Shown here: positions 34,024-42,843 of the stretch, in pieces
How positions within the stretch are numbered: the first letter of the stretch is position 1
How the letters are laid out: every line of letters begins with the position of its first letter
Position numbers and translations under genes: made by a program
The notes under the pieces: generated by a model
Told to the model about the DNA's origin: nothing
Seen by the model: the letters and a program-made list of their open reading frames with translations, nothing else
Databases searched by the model: none
Assembly (NCBI GenBank): GCA_963795855.1
Contig: CAWCIZ010000001.1
Location: forward strand, 608,001 to 672,000
DNA length: 64,000 nucleotides
DNA from: Vulcanimicrobiota bacterium
GTDB taxonomy: Bacteria; Vulcanimicrobiota; Vulcanimicrobiia; Vulcanimicrobiales; Vulcanimicrobiaceae
Direction: 5' to 3'

Positions 34024-34053
34024 AAGAAGCACCGCGCGAGCGCAGTGCTTCTT
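34024..34053 (-). terminator. Intrinsic terminator after family member C
   Basis: AAGAAGCAC...GTGCTTCTT stem with a T-tract on the minus strand. Confidence 0.65.
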
Positions 34054-34074
34054 GCTTGCTGCGTTTTTAGTAGT

Positions 34075-35719
34075 TTAGGGCGTCAGGATGAGACCGGATT
34101 TCGGACCCATGCGAGTCGGCACGCCGCCGCTGAACGAAGCCGTTCCGCCGTCGAGCACGCCGTTGCCGCTAAGGACCATGCTATGACGCAATCCCCATGG
34201 ATTCGGAACGCTGACCGAAGACGTCGTACTCGGATTCACGATAATTTCGCAATGTCCGAGAGAACTGCCGCGGTAGTAGCAACTGTTGTAGCGTTGCTCG
34301 TACGCACGGGTCGAGGTCAACAAACTCGCCACACTGGCCGGTATGCTTACCGGACTGAGCGGCACGAAACCGGTTTCCGGAAAGACCTTGAATGCCGAGG
34401 GCGTTGTAAACGATTCTTCGAACACCGAGTAATTCGGATCGTACGTGAGAAGGAACGATGCGTACGCGTACTGACGCATCGGAATGGAACTTGCGCCCGA
34501 TGCAGTTGTCAGATCAACGTAACACCACCAACCCGGTCCAGCTGGTTTGCGTTCCCGCTTGAACAGCGAGACGGTTTGTAGCTGCGAATCTTCCTCAGAC
34601 TGACCACAGGCTGGTTACGTAACACAGTTCGAACTGGCCACCGGAAACGTACGACGGTGCAAGCCGATTAACAAATGTAGGTACGTCACTCGGCGCAACG
34701 GAAAGCCCGTTCAGCACAAAGTGTTGCCCGCTTGCCGCCATAGCGGCATCCTCATGACTGGTCCAGGACGACAGATTGTAGTCGCAGGGCGTCCCCGAAA
34801 CGTGGTACAGCGGCCCATCATTGTCCATGAAAATATAGTTCCACGGCTGCGCATATCCAGGGTTTGCTGCTCGTGCGGTCGCAGCGTAGTGGCTTACGAC
34901 GTTTGCGAAATACGATGGAAATGCACCTTTTTCCGGATCGGTCAGCAATCCGCTCCCGCCGTAACTAACGATCGTCGAGCCGGAGCACGTTTTCGCTTCG
35001 GCGCCGGAGTAGCTCGTACGAAGCGCTCCGAGTTCGTATAGGCTGCCGTTGGGCTGGAACGCGCTCGAATAAATGACGGTCTTTATCCCCGACGCCTGCG
35101 TGACGCCCAGGCGATTCATGGACGTATAGGCGTATGTCAGATACGGCGCGTACCGGCTCGGAGAAGACGTCTCTTCCGTCGCCGTGAGCAAATATTCAGC
35201 GGTCTGCACGTGCTTCGGAACGCCGGCGCTCGGCGGCCCGGGCGGCGGCGTCGCAGCCGGCGACGACGTCGTCGACGAGGTCGGAGTCGTGGGCGGCGGC
35301 GTTGCCGCTGCCGTATAGGTTACCGTCTTCGCGGTCATCGAACCGCCGCTGCGGCACGAGCCGGTTCCGGTCGCTTCAATCGGCATCCCGACTTTCACGG
35401 GATAGCCCAGATAGGGATAAAACTTGGTCGTCGCCCGCGTGTAGTACACGTACATCGTGCCGCAGCTCGGGCTGACCGTTCTGACGACGAACTTCGATCC
35501 GTCGGCACTGATGACCGACGCTTTGAGTGTGAATGAACTGGCGGCCGTCGTCGACATGGTGCCGATGTCCGACTGCCCAGCCGAGTCCGTGACCGGACTC
35601 GATAGCGGGTCTTGCTGAACCGCCACCGGCGGCGTCGCTCCGGACTGCCCGCCGCAGCCCGCAGCCAAAAATGAAAAGCCCAGCACTCCAATGAGCGCAA
35701 AGGCGCGCATGACCTTCAT
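34075..35719 (-). CDS. Uncharacterised lipoprotein, family member C (frameshift ~34600)
   Basis: GGAGG RBS, lipobox LAAGC, HVQTAEYL, YAPYLTYAY, FMDN, QFELCY, GPGWWCY, YASFLLTYDP, GNGVLDGGT. Confidence 0.7.
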
Positions 35720-35935
35720 GAAACCTCCCCGTTTACATGGCGCGCGTCGAGGCAAGGGTACACGATGGGTACACTGGTTCATGCCAGGGGAGTGGCAGGT
35801 CGCAAATAGGGGGGCCAAGCGTGCCGTCTGTGACGCGGAGACGCCGAAAAGGCTTATTTCATCGGATAAATCGGGGCCCGACGCGGCTGTTTAACCGCCC
35901 GGATCGAACGAGTAAAGACTTTGTTAGCAAGCCCC

Positions 35936-36001
35936 ACGACCTTTTGCTCAAAGGCCCGGGACCGTCTCATCTAACGGCGGCCGCTTCCCACCCCTTACGA
36001 T
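35936..36001 (+). promoter_or_regulatory. Conserved operator plus -10 box, copy 1
   Basis: ACGACCTTTTGCTCAAAGGCCCGGGAC (35936-35962) and TACGAT at 35996; near-identical arrangement at 45265. Confidence 0.7.
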
Positions 36002-36027
36002 AAATCGGACTAGGCAACGAGGAGAAC

Positions 36028-36885
36028 ATGCTGCGCGCAGTATTCGTAGGATACGACAACAACTTGAACCGGGTGATCGAGCACTGGCTGATGCAGCACA
36101 CGGACCTCGTCGGATGCGTTTGGGTGCCTTCGCAAACGCAGTGGCTCACCAATCGCGCCGGCAAGGTGAATTTCATCAAGCGCCGGTTGCGGCTCAAGGG
36201 ACCCCTACGGGCTCTGGACGAGGCGCTGTTTTATCTGCTGTACCACGGAACGGAAGCAAAGGCGCCCAGCACGGTGGCCGCTCAAAAACTGATTCGCGAG
36301 TACTGGACCGCCGTGCCGCAGCGCACGCACGCGCGCGCCTTTCGCAGCCCGAAAATCAACGACCCGGCCGTTCATGAATTTCTCGCCGAGGTCAAGCCGG
36401 ACGTCATTTTCTCGCACTGCATCAACCAGTTTTTCGGGAAGAAACTTCGCTCGGCCGCTCCGCACGGCGTCATGCTCTGGCATGTCGGCATTACGCCGGA
36501 ATACAAGGGCGTGTATTCGCCGTTTTGGACGATGCACAACGCCGACTTCAACAATTTCGGCTACTCGCTGATCCGCATGAACGAGGAATTGGACGCGGGA
36601 GAGATTTTCGTGCAAGGGCGTCTGACCAACGTGGACATCCGCAACGACAACCACGAGCTCATCGAGCACAAGGCGATATTCGGAAGTTTTCCGGACGTCG
36701 CGCGATTCATCACGCAACTCGAAGCGGGAACGGCGAAACCGATCGAGCGGCCGGACGCAAAGGCCGGGTACTACTCGTATCCCGGCATCTCCGACTACAT
36801 TCGACAGCGGCTGCGCGTGCATCGCGCACTGCGCAACGGCACCGCGCCCATTCAAAGTGCCGCGCGCGCAACTGAAACTTCTTAA
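36028..36885 (+). CDS. Formyltransferase-family protein (sugar N-acyltransferase candidate)
   Basis: PDVIF, WHVGITPEYKG..SPFW, GYSLIRMNEELDAGEI: formyl_trans_N fold motifs. Confidence 0.75.
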   Translation: MLRAVFVGYDNNLNRVIEHWLMQHTDLVGCVWVPSQTQWLTNRAGKVNFIKRRLRLKGPLRALDEALFYLLYHGTEAKAPSTVAAQKLIREYWTAVPQRTHARAFRSPKINDPAVHEFLAEVKPDVIFSHCINQFFGKKLRSAAPHGVMLWHVGITPEYKGVYSPFWTMHNADFNNFGYSLIRMNEELDAGEIFVQGRLTNVDIRNDNHELIEHKAIFGSFPDVARFITQLEAGTAKPIERPDAKAGYYSYPGISDYIRQRLRVHRALRNGTAPIQSAARATETS

Positions 36886-38051
36886 GAGGCTTGCATCATC
36901 GCTGCGCCGGCGCCGGCTGCGTCGCGCACGGCCGCGATGACGTCGTCCGCGTCCGCGTCGGTCATCGTCGGATAGAGCGGCAACGATACGATTTCCGTGG
37001 CAAGGCGCTCCGTGCCCGGCAGCGCTGCAGAGTACGTCCGGTAGGCTTCGAAGTGGTGCGTGGGGATGTAATGCACCGACGTACCGACGTTCCGGTCTTT
37101 GAGCGCTTCGATGAAAGCGTCGCGCGAAATGCCGGCGTCGCGCTCGCTCACGCGGATGACGAACATACACCAACTGTGCCGGTCGCCGTCGTTTGAAGGC
37201 GATGCTTGGCACGTGATGCCCGGCACGTCGGCCAGCCCGCGCAAATAGCGTTCAGCGATGACGTCGCGCCGGTCTTGCATGGCTTGCAGGCGTTCCAACT
37301 GAACCAAACCCATGGCAGCGGCGATGTCGGGCATGTTGTATTTGAATCCCGGCTCGCGCACTTCATAGCGCCACGAGCCGCGCTGCGTATACCGCTTCCA
37401 TGCATCCTTGTCCATGCCGTGCAGGGAAAGCACGCGCACGCGCTCCATGATGCGGTCGTCGTTCGTCACCAGCATGCCGCCTTCGGCGGTCGTGAGATTC
37501 TTCGTCGCATAGAAACTGTACGCCGCGAGATCCGAATGCGTTCCGGCCCACCTGCCGCGATCGAGCATACCGGCTGCGTGCGCCGCGTCCTCGATGAAAA
37601 CGATCTGCCGCTCCTTACAGAATGCGGCGAGCGCGGCGCTATCCATAGGCCGGCCGGCATAGGGCATGGCGATAATAGCGCGGGTCGCGGGCGTGAGCGC
37701 CGCGGCAAACTGTTCGACGCCGGCGGTCATCGTGCCGGGATCCACGTCGCAGAAGACGGGGCGCGCCCCGACTTCGAGCGTGCACTGCGCGCCGGCAACG
37801 AATGTGAGCGACGGCATGACGACGTCGTCACCCGGCTTCACGCCGGCCGCAAGAAGTCCGACGTGCAATGCGGCGGTGCAACTGTTGACGGCGATGGCAT
37901 GACGAACACCCGCGGCCCTCGCGAACGCTTGCTCCAATTCGCGAACTTTCGGTCCGGTTGTCAGCCAGCCGTTACGAATACATTCTTCGACGGCGGCCGC
38001 CTCCGCGTTGCCGGTGTCCGGCCGGCAATACGGCAAAAACGAATCACGCAT
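36882..38051 (-). CDS. DegT/DnrJ/EryC1/StrS sugar aminotransferase (SpsC/WlbF-like)
   Basis: GWLTTGPKV, NSCTAALH, EDAAHA, SFYATKNLTTAEGG, LHGMDKDAWKRY, GFKYNMPD, SVHYIP. Confidence 0.92.
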   Translation of the reverse strand: MRDSFLPYCRPDTGNAEAAAVEECIRNGWLTTGPKVRELEQAFARAAGVRHAIAVNSCTAALHVGLLAAGVKPGDDVVMPSLTFVAGAQCTLEVGARPVFCDVDPGTMTAGVEQFAAALTPATRAIIAMPYAGRPMDSAALAAFCKERQIVFIEDAAHAAGMLDRGRWAGTHSDLAAYSFYATKNLTTAEGGMLVTNDDRIMERVRVLSLHGMDKDAWKRYTQRGSWRYEVREPGFKYNMPDIAAAMGLVQLERLQAMQDRRDVIAERYLRGLADVPGITCQASPSNDGDRHSWCMFVIRVSERDAGISRDAFIEALKDRNVGTSVHYIPTHHFEAYRTYSAALPGTERLATEIVSLPLYPTMTDADADDVIAAVRDAAGAGAAMMQAS

Positions 38052-39447
38052 GGACGGTTACTCCTTGAACGACGGCGCTTCTCTCCGCAGCGGGCGCCGG
38101 TTCCGGTGCCGCATTTCTCGTGAGCGAAACGAGCATGAAGGCGAGCCAAACGCATTTCTGCAGCATCATGTCCGCGAAAAGACCGGAAATAAAAAGTCCG
38201 ATGATGGAGGCTTCGAGCACCAAGCGCAGACGATACCGCGGATCGGAGATCGGAATACCGCGCAACGCGCGGAACTGCCAAAACCATCCCATCAGCAGTA
38301 GGGCCAACCCAATGACGCCGAGTTCGACCGCATGCCCGACGATGATGTTGTGCGAGACGTGTCCCCAGCCGATGTACTGCGGCTGAAAGACCTGGATCCA
38401 CGCGCGGTCGTAGGCAAGCGGAAAATTGTTGTAACCGACGCCGAAAAGCCAGTTTTGCTTGAACGCGACGAAGCCGACGTGCCAAATGTCCGTGCGTCCC
38501 GCACCGCCGGTAGACAGGGCGTTTGCCCACCGCTGTCCGAGCGTCGGAGCCGCGTACGCTAGCCCCAATGCCGCGACGATGCCGACAGGCCATGCCAAAC
38601 GTGCGCGGTTCGGTTCGCGAACCAGCAGGTAGACGATCATCACGATCAAGCCAAGCTCCGGACCGCGTGCCCCCGTCAGCACGAATACCGGCAAGATGAT
38701 GCCGCCGCAAATGAAGGCCAGCACTCGGGTTCCCAACGTTTTTCCGAACACGATGCTCATCAATGCGATGGCTGCCGGCAGCAGCATGGTGCCGGCGAGA
38801 TAGTCGGGATTCCAGTTCACGTTGCCCGTCGCCAGCCACATACGGTTTTCTTTGATTGCAACGCCGCTGTGGTAGAGGTACAAGACGTAAGCCGCGGCGG
38901 CCGCTCCGCCGACCATCGTAAGTTGTACGACGGTGGTGAGCGTGCGCATGTCGGTGCGAATCAGCGAAATGACTGCATAGAGCCCGAAGAGCAAAAGTAC
39001 CGTGGGGATGACGTCGAGGCTCTGCTTGGGATCGATCGCCCAGAACGCGCTCGCCGTGATCCAAAGGGCGTACACGAACCACATCGCGACGCTGCGATCG
39101 GGATCCGAGTACCGTTTGCTGCGCAGGATGTAGAAGAGCAGCGCAGCGGCGCTGGCCGCACCGAACAGCTTCGTAACGGTGGCGGCCGCGCCGACCTTCA
39201 GCACCGCGTCGAAGGGCGTCAGAAACGCGTAGGCGCCGAACGGGAACAGCAGCGGGGCGAAAAGTGAAAGCCCGAAAAGAATCGGCAGCGTTACGGCGCC
39301 GATCGCGCCAACCGCGCCCGTCTTCGTGCCCGAAAGCGCAACGCCGATGAACGCCGCAAAGGCGCCTAAAAGCGCAACGATGACACCCCCGGCGGTGCTG
39401 GCCGTGCGCCGCCCGGCGAGACGAATGTTTCCTACCATTGAAGCCAT
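38044..39447 (-). CDS. Wzy polymerase / O-antigen ligase family membrane protein
   Basis: About 12 TM segments, NPDYLA, TGARG, GRTDIW, FGVGYNNF, SHNIIVGHAVELGVIG. Confidence 0.85.
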   Translation of the reverse strand: MASMVGNIRLAGRRTASTAGGVIVALLGAFAAFIGVALSGTKTGAVGAIGAVTLPILFGLSLFAPLLFPFGAYAFLTPFDAVLKVGAAATVTKLFGAASAAALLFYILRSKRYSDPDRSVAMWFVYALWITASAFWAIDPKQSLDVIPTVLLLFGLYAVISLIRTDMRTLTTVVQLTMVGGAAAAAYVLYLYHSGVAIKENRMWLATGNVNWNPDYLAGTMLLPAAIALMSIVFGKTLGTRVLAFICGGIILPVFVLTGARGPELGLIVMIVYLLVREPNRARLAWPVGIVAALGLAYAAPTLGQRWANALSTGGAGRTDIWHVGFVAFKQNWLFGVGYNNFPLAYDRAWIQVFQPQYIGWGHVSHNIIVGHAVELGVIGLALLLMGWFWQFRALRGIPISDPRYRLRLVLEASIIGLFISGLFADMMLQKCVWLAFMLVSLTRNAAPEPAPAAERSAVVQGVTVHA

Positions 39448-39510
39448 TCTAATCGAAGCGGCCGCGCAGCCCGGAGTTGGAGACGGCCTCGGACCATGGG
39501 AAGAGCGGCC

Positions 39511-40833
39511 CTACCGCGCAGGGTGCAAGAGGCGGCGCCCGTCTCGCAGCATCCTGGCCAGGAACGCCCAGTAGACGAGCAAGTCGGCGCCCGTGGGCAC
39601 GAGCATCGAGCGCAGTCCGATCGCCGAACGCTTCCGGAAGTACCAGATGCCGACCGACTGTCCGACCAGGTAACCGGCGCTCGATCCGATCGCGGCGCCG
39701 ACCATCCCGTAGCGGTGAACGAGCGCAAACGTCGTCGCTATGCACACCAGCGCCGATAGCGAAGCCAACCGAAGCGCCACGCCCGGTATTCCGATCTTGA
39801 GCGTGAAGTAACTCGAAAGCGGGCTGCTCAGGGCGAGAACGATGACGCCGATCAGCAGAACGTCGAATGACGGAACGAGCGGAAGGAACTTCGCACCGTA
39901 CAGCAATTGAACGACCGGCGCAGCCAGGACGAACAGCGGCACGCAGATCAGCAGCGCGATGAGCAAATTATGGCGCACGCACCGCGCGGTCAGCACTGCC
40001 GCTTCGTGAACCTCCATCCCGCCGATATGGGGTGAGGTGACGAGCGCGGCAACCTGCGTCGGAACGAGCAAACTCTCCGCACCCGCGACCGCGATGCTGT
40101 ACATGCCCAGCGCCGCCGGCGGAAGAAAGAGCGCGACGATATACAGGTCGGCGCGATAGTTCAGCAGCGACACGACGTTCACAGCCGTGACCTTCATGCA
40201 AAAGGCCCAGTACTCGCGAAAGCCGATCGTGTCGGCTCCGGCAAGGTGCCGGCGCGCGTGTCGCACGATGTACGCAAGGGAAACGGCGCCTGCGAGGCTG
40301 GTGCCGGCGACCCACGCGATAATTGCAATACCGGGCGAACGCTCGACGATCACGAACGCCGCGACCGTCGCAGCGATGGTGAAGACCGTTTGCAGCGCGG
40401 CGATCGTGGTCGAAAAACGCACTTGGTGCACGCCGAGCGCGTAGCCCGATGCGAGATTCAGCAGCGCAAGCGACGGCAGCACCGCAAGCGCGGGAATGAG
40501 CGCCCCGGGCTGATGCGCGAGGTACGTCAACGGTACCAAGACCAGCGCAGCGGCCGCGGTGAGGAGAAACGTCGACAGAAGAACGGGGCGCAGAAACACG
40601 GCGCCTGGGCTGCGGTTCAGCAAGAAATACGTCGTTGCGCTCGTCAGTCCGCCGAACGCCGACGCGACGAGCGCGGCCTCGACGCCGGGCAGCGCATAAA
40701 CGCCGCGCCCGGCAGGGCCGAGCGCGCGAGCGGTAATCACGGCGAGAGCAGCGGTCAGACCGATCTTCGCGAGGCGTACGACGAACGTGTAAAGTCCGTC
40801 GTACATCACGCGATGCGCGCGTTCAGACTGCAC
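39511..40833 (-). CDS. Wzx polysaccharide flippase
   Basis: ARALGPAGRGVYAL, LLNYRADLYIV, LGMYSIAV, LLYGAKF, YGMVGAAIGSS; many TM segments. Confidence 0.88.
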   Translation of the reverse strand: MQSERAHRVMYDGLYTFVVRLAKIGLTAALAVITARALGPAGRGVYALPGVEAALVASAFGGLTSATTYFLLNRSPGAVFLRPVLLSTFLLTAAAALVLVPLTYLAHQPGALIPALAVLPSLALLNLASGYALGVHQVRFSTTIAALQTVFTIAATVAAFVIVERSPGIAIIAWVAGTSLAGAVSLAYIVRHARRHLAGADTIGFREYWAFCMKVTAVNVVSLLNYRADLYIVALFLPPAALGMYSIAVAGAESLLVPTQVAALVTSPHIGGMEVHEAAVLTARCVRHNLLIALLICVPLFVLAAPVVQLLYGAKFLPLVPSFDVLLIGVIVLALSSPLSSYFTLKIGIPGVALRLASLSALVCIATTFALVHRYGMVGAAIGSSAGYLVGQSVGIWYFRKRSAIGLRSMLVPTGADLLVYWAFLARMLRDGRRLLHPAR

Positions 40834-41878
40834 TGTGGAAGAGCACTTCCGCGATGGTTTTCAGCAGAATCGCGCCGTCCAAAACCGGCGAAGCGCGTTC
40901 GACGTAAAAGAGGTCGTAGGGAAGGATGTCCTTGACGTCGTCCGGTTCCAAATTCCGCTTGCGGTACACCTGCGCCCACCCGGTTATTCCGGGGGCGACG
41001 ATGTGGCGCTGATCGTACGCCGGCAGCTGTTGGCCGAAACGGCGCGCAAACTCGACCATTTCGGGACGCGGCCCGACGATCGACATCTCGCCTTTGAGAA
41101 CGTTGAAGAGCTGCGGCAGTTCGTCGATGCTCGTGCGGCGCAAGAATGCGCCGACGCGCGTGATGCGTGAATCACCGGGACGCGCCCATTCAGCTCCGGC
41201 GTCGCGGCGCATGGTGCGGAATTTGTACACGTCGAAGCGCGAGCCGTCGCGGCCCACGCGTTCCTGTTTGAAGAGAATCGGCTCGCCCGACTCGGCGTAT
41301 ATCGCGATCGCGGCTGCAAGCATGATCGGCGAGGAGACGACCAGCGCGACGGCCGCCACAGCGAGATCGAAGCAGCGTTTCGCCAGCAAATAGCCCGCCG
41401 ATTCACGCGCATGCCAAGCTGCCGGCGTTATCGACGCGGCACCCGCGGGCGGGGGCGGCCCGGCGCGGCGCTGCAAATGCAGTCCGGTGTGCCACGCAGA
41501 CGTTGCGAGCGCCGAAAACAGCAGCATCACGACGATCGGCACGAAACCGATTTGCCCGACGCCGCCGACGATCAGCAGAATGGGAATCGCTGCCGCCAGC
41601 ACGGCGGTGCAGGCATAATATATTTCGTCGCGCGGCAGAACCGCATACGATCGCTTATACAAACCGCAGGCCCAGAAGCCCGCGCACACCAAGGCCGTCG
41701 CGACGAGCGAGGCGGTTACGGAGTTCGACTCGCCGCCGATCACGACGAGTGCGATGAACAGCACGATTCCGCCGTCACCCAGCGCGAGCGCTGCGGTCGA
41801 ACGGATGGAGAGGTGTTCGGGTATGCGCGCTTCCCGCCGGCGCGATACCGAGAAAGAGGTTTGGAATTCCGTCAGCAT
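40823..41878 (-). CDS. Priming sugar transferase (polyprenyl glycosylphosphotransferase)
   Basis: KRCFDL, FKQERVG, YKFRTM, RITRVGAFLRRTSIDELPQL, SIVGPRPE, PGITGWAQV. Confidence 0.93.
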   Translation of the reverse strand: MLTEFQTSFSVSRRREARIPEHLSIRSTAALALGDGGIVLFIALVVIGGESNSVTASLVATALVCAGFWACGLYKRSYAVLPRDEIYYACTAVLAAAIPILLIVGGVGQIGFVPIVVMLLFSALATSAWHTGLHLQRRAGPPPPAGAASITPAAWHARESAGYLLAKRCFDLAVAAVALVVSSPIMLAAAIAIYAESGEPILFKQERVGRDGSRFDVYKFRTMRRDAGAEWARPGDSRITRVGAFLRRTSIDELPQLFNVLKGEMSIVGPRPEMVEFARRFGQQLPAYDQRHIVAPGITGWAQVYRKRNLEPDDVKDILPYDLFYVERASPVLDGAILLKTIAEVLFHSAV

Positions 41879-42843
41879 GTCGTTACCTTGTCGCGTTTGG
41901 TGAGCGCGTTGCGAACCGTCCGCGCCACGCGGACGGGCATCTGCACGAGATCGAGTTCCCGGTACGGGATATCGCGCGCTCCCAAGTCTTTTTTGAATCG
42001 CGCGACGCCCGGAAGGCCTTCGCTCGATCCGAGGTTGTACCACTTCATGTTTCGCTGCGCTGCCGCATGGAGCAGCGCAAAATTCAGGGCGTTGCTCGGT
42101 CGCAGGCGTCCGTATTCGGAGAGCATGGCAGCGCTCCAGAAAAAGAACTCTTCCGACCCGTAGAAAACGACGCCCCCCGCGATCGCGCGGCCTTCGGCGC
42201 GCGCAAACCAAATTTCGACGTCGTCACCGCCGTGACGCACTAGCGCGTCGATCAAGCGGCGCCGCTCGATCGGCTCGGGCACACCCCAGCGCTTCGCCGA
42301 CTCCCGCAGCAGATCGTAATACGTCTCGGCGGCATCGGCAGCGCGCGAGGGGGCGCACTCGACGCCGCGGCGACCGGCTTGTCCCGCCATGCGCCGGAAC
42401 GTTCCGTCGACATTGACGAGCGCAGCCTCGATGCCGGCGGAGAGATCGACCACCGCAGTAAAATGCTCGTTTCCGAGCGCCGTCGACGGTGCGGGAGCGA
42501 GCGGCCACGGCACGAGCGAGGCCGAATGCGCGAAGCGCGAAAGTTCGGCGACGGCAGCATCGACGGCAGGCGCCGGCGCGATGCTTCCATCCTCATACCG
42601 GAAGCAGGTATAACCGCCCAGCGGAAAGCCGACGAACCGCCGAAGGATCGAACCGTCGCGCTGCTCCATCATCGGGACGAACATCGGCCGGGTTTTGCGA
42701 GGGTGTACGTGCAGAAGCACGGGAGTGAGCGAGGGATACAGTTCGGCGAGCGAAAGCGCCCAAGCCGGTCGAGCGAAAAACGTCGGCGCAGGATGCATAG
42801 AGTCAAACGAGCGCCATGCTCGTACGTCCAAGCGTTCGATCAT
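41872..42843 (-). CDS. GNAT acyltransferase, FemAB/Acetyltransf_6-like
   Basis: TFFARPAW, AIAGGVVF, RPSNALNF, YNLGSSEGLPGVARFKKDLGA. Confidence 0.75.
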   Translation of the reverse strand: MIERLDVRAWRSFDSMHPAPTFFARPAWALSLAELYPSLTPVLLHVHPRKTRPMFVPMMEQRDGSILRRFVGFPLGGYTCFRYEDGSIAPAPAVDAAVAELSRFAHSASLVPWPLAPAPSTALGNEHFTAVVDLSAGIEAALVNVDGTFRRMAGQAGRRGVECAPSRAADAAETYYDLLRESAKRWGVPEPIERRRLIDALVRHGGDDVEIWFARAEGRAIAGGVVFYGSEEFFFWSAAMLSEYGRLRPSNALNFALLHAAAQRNMKWYNLGSSEGLPGVARFKKDLGARDIPYRELDLVQMPVRVARTVRNALTKRDKVTTC

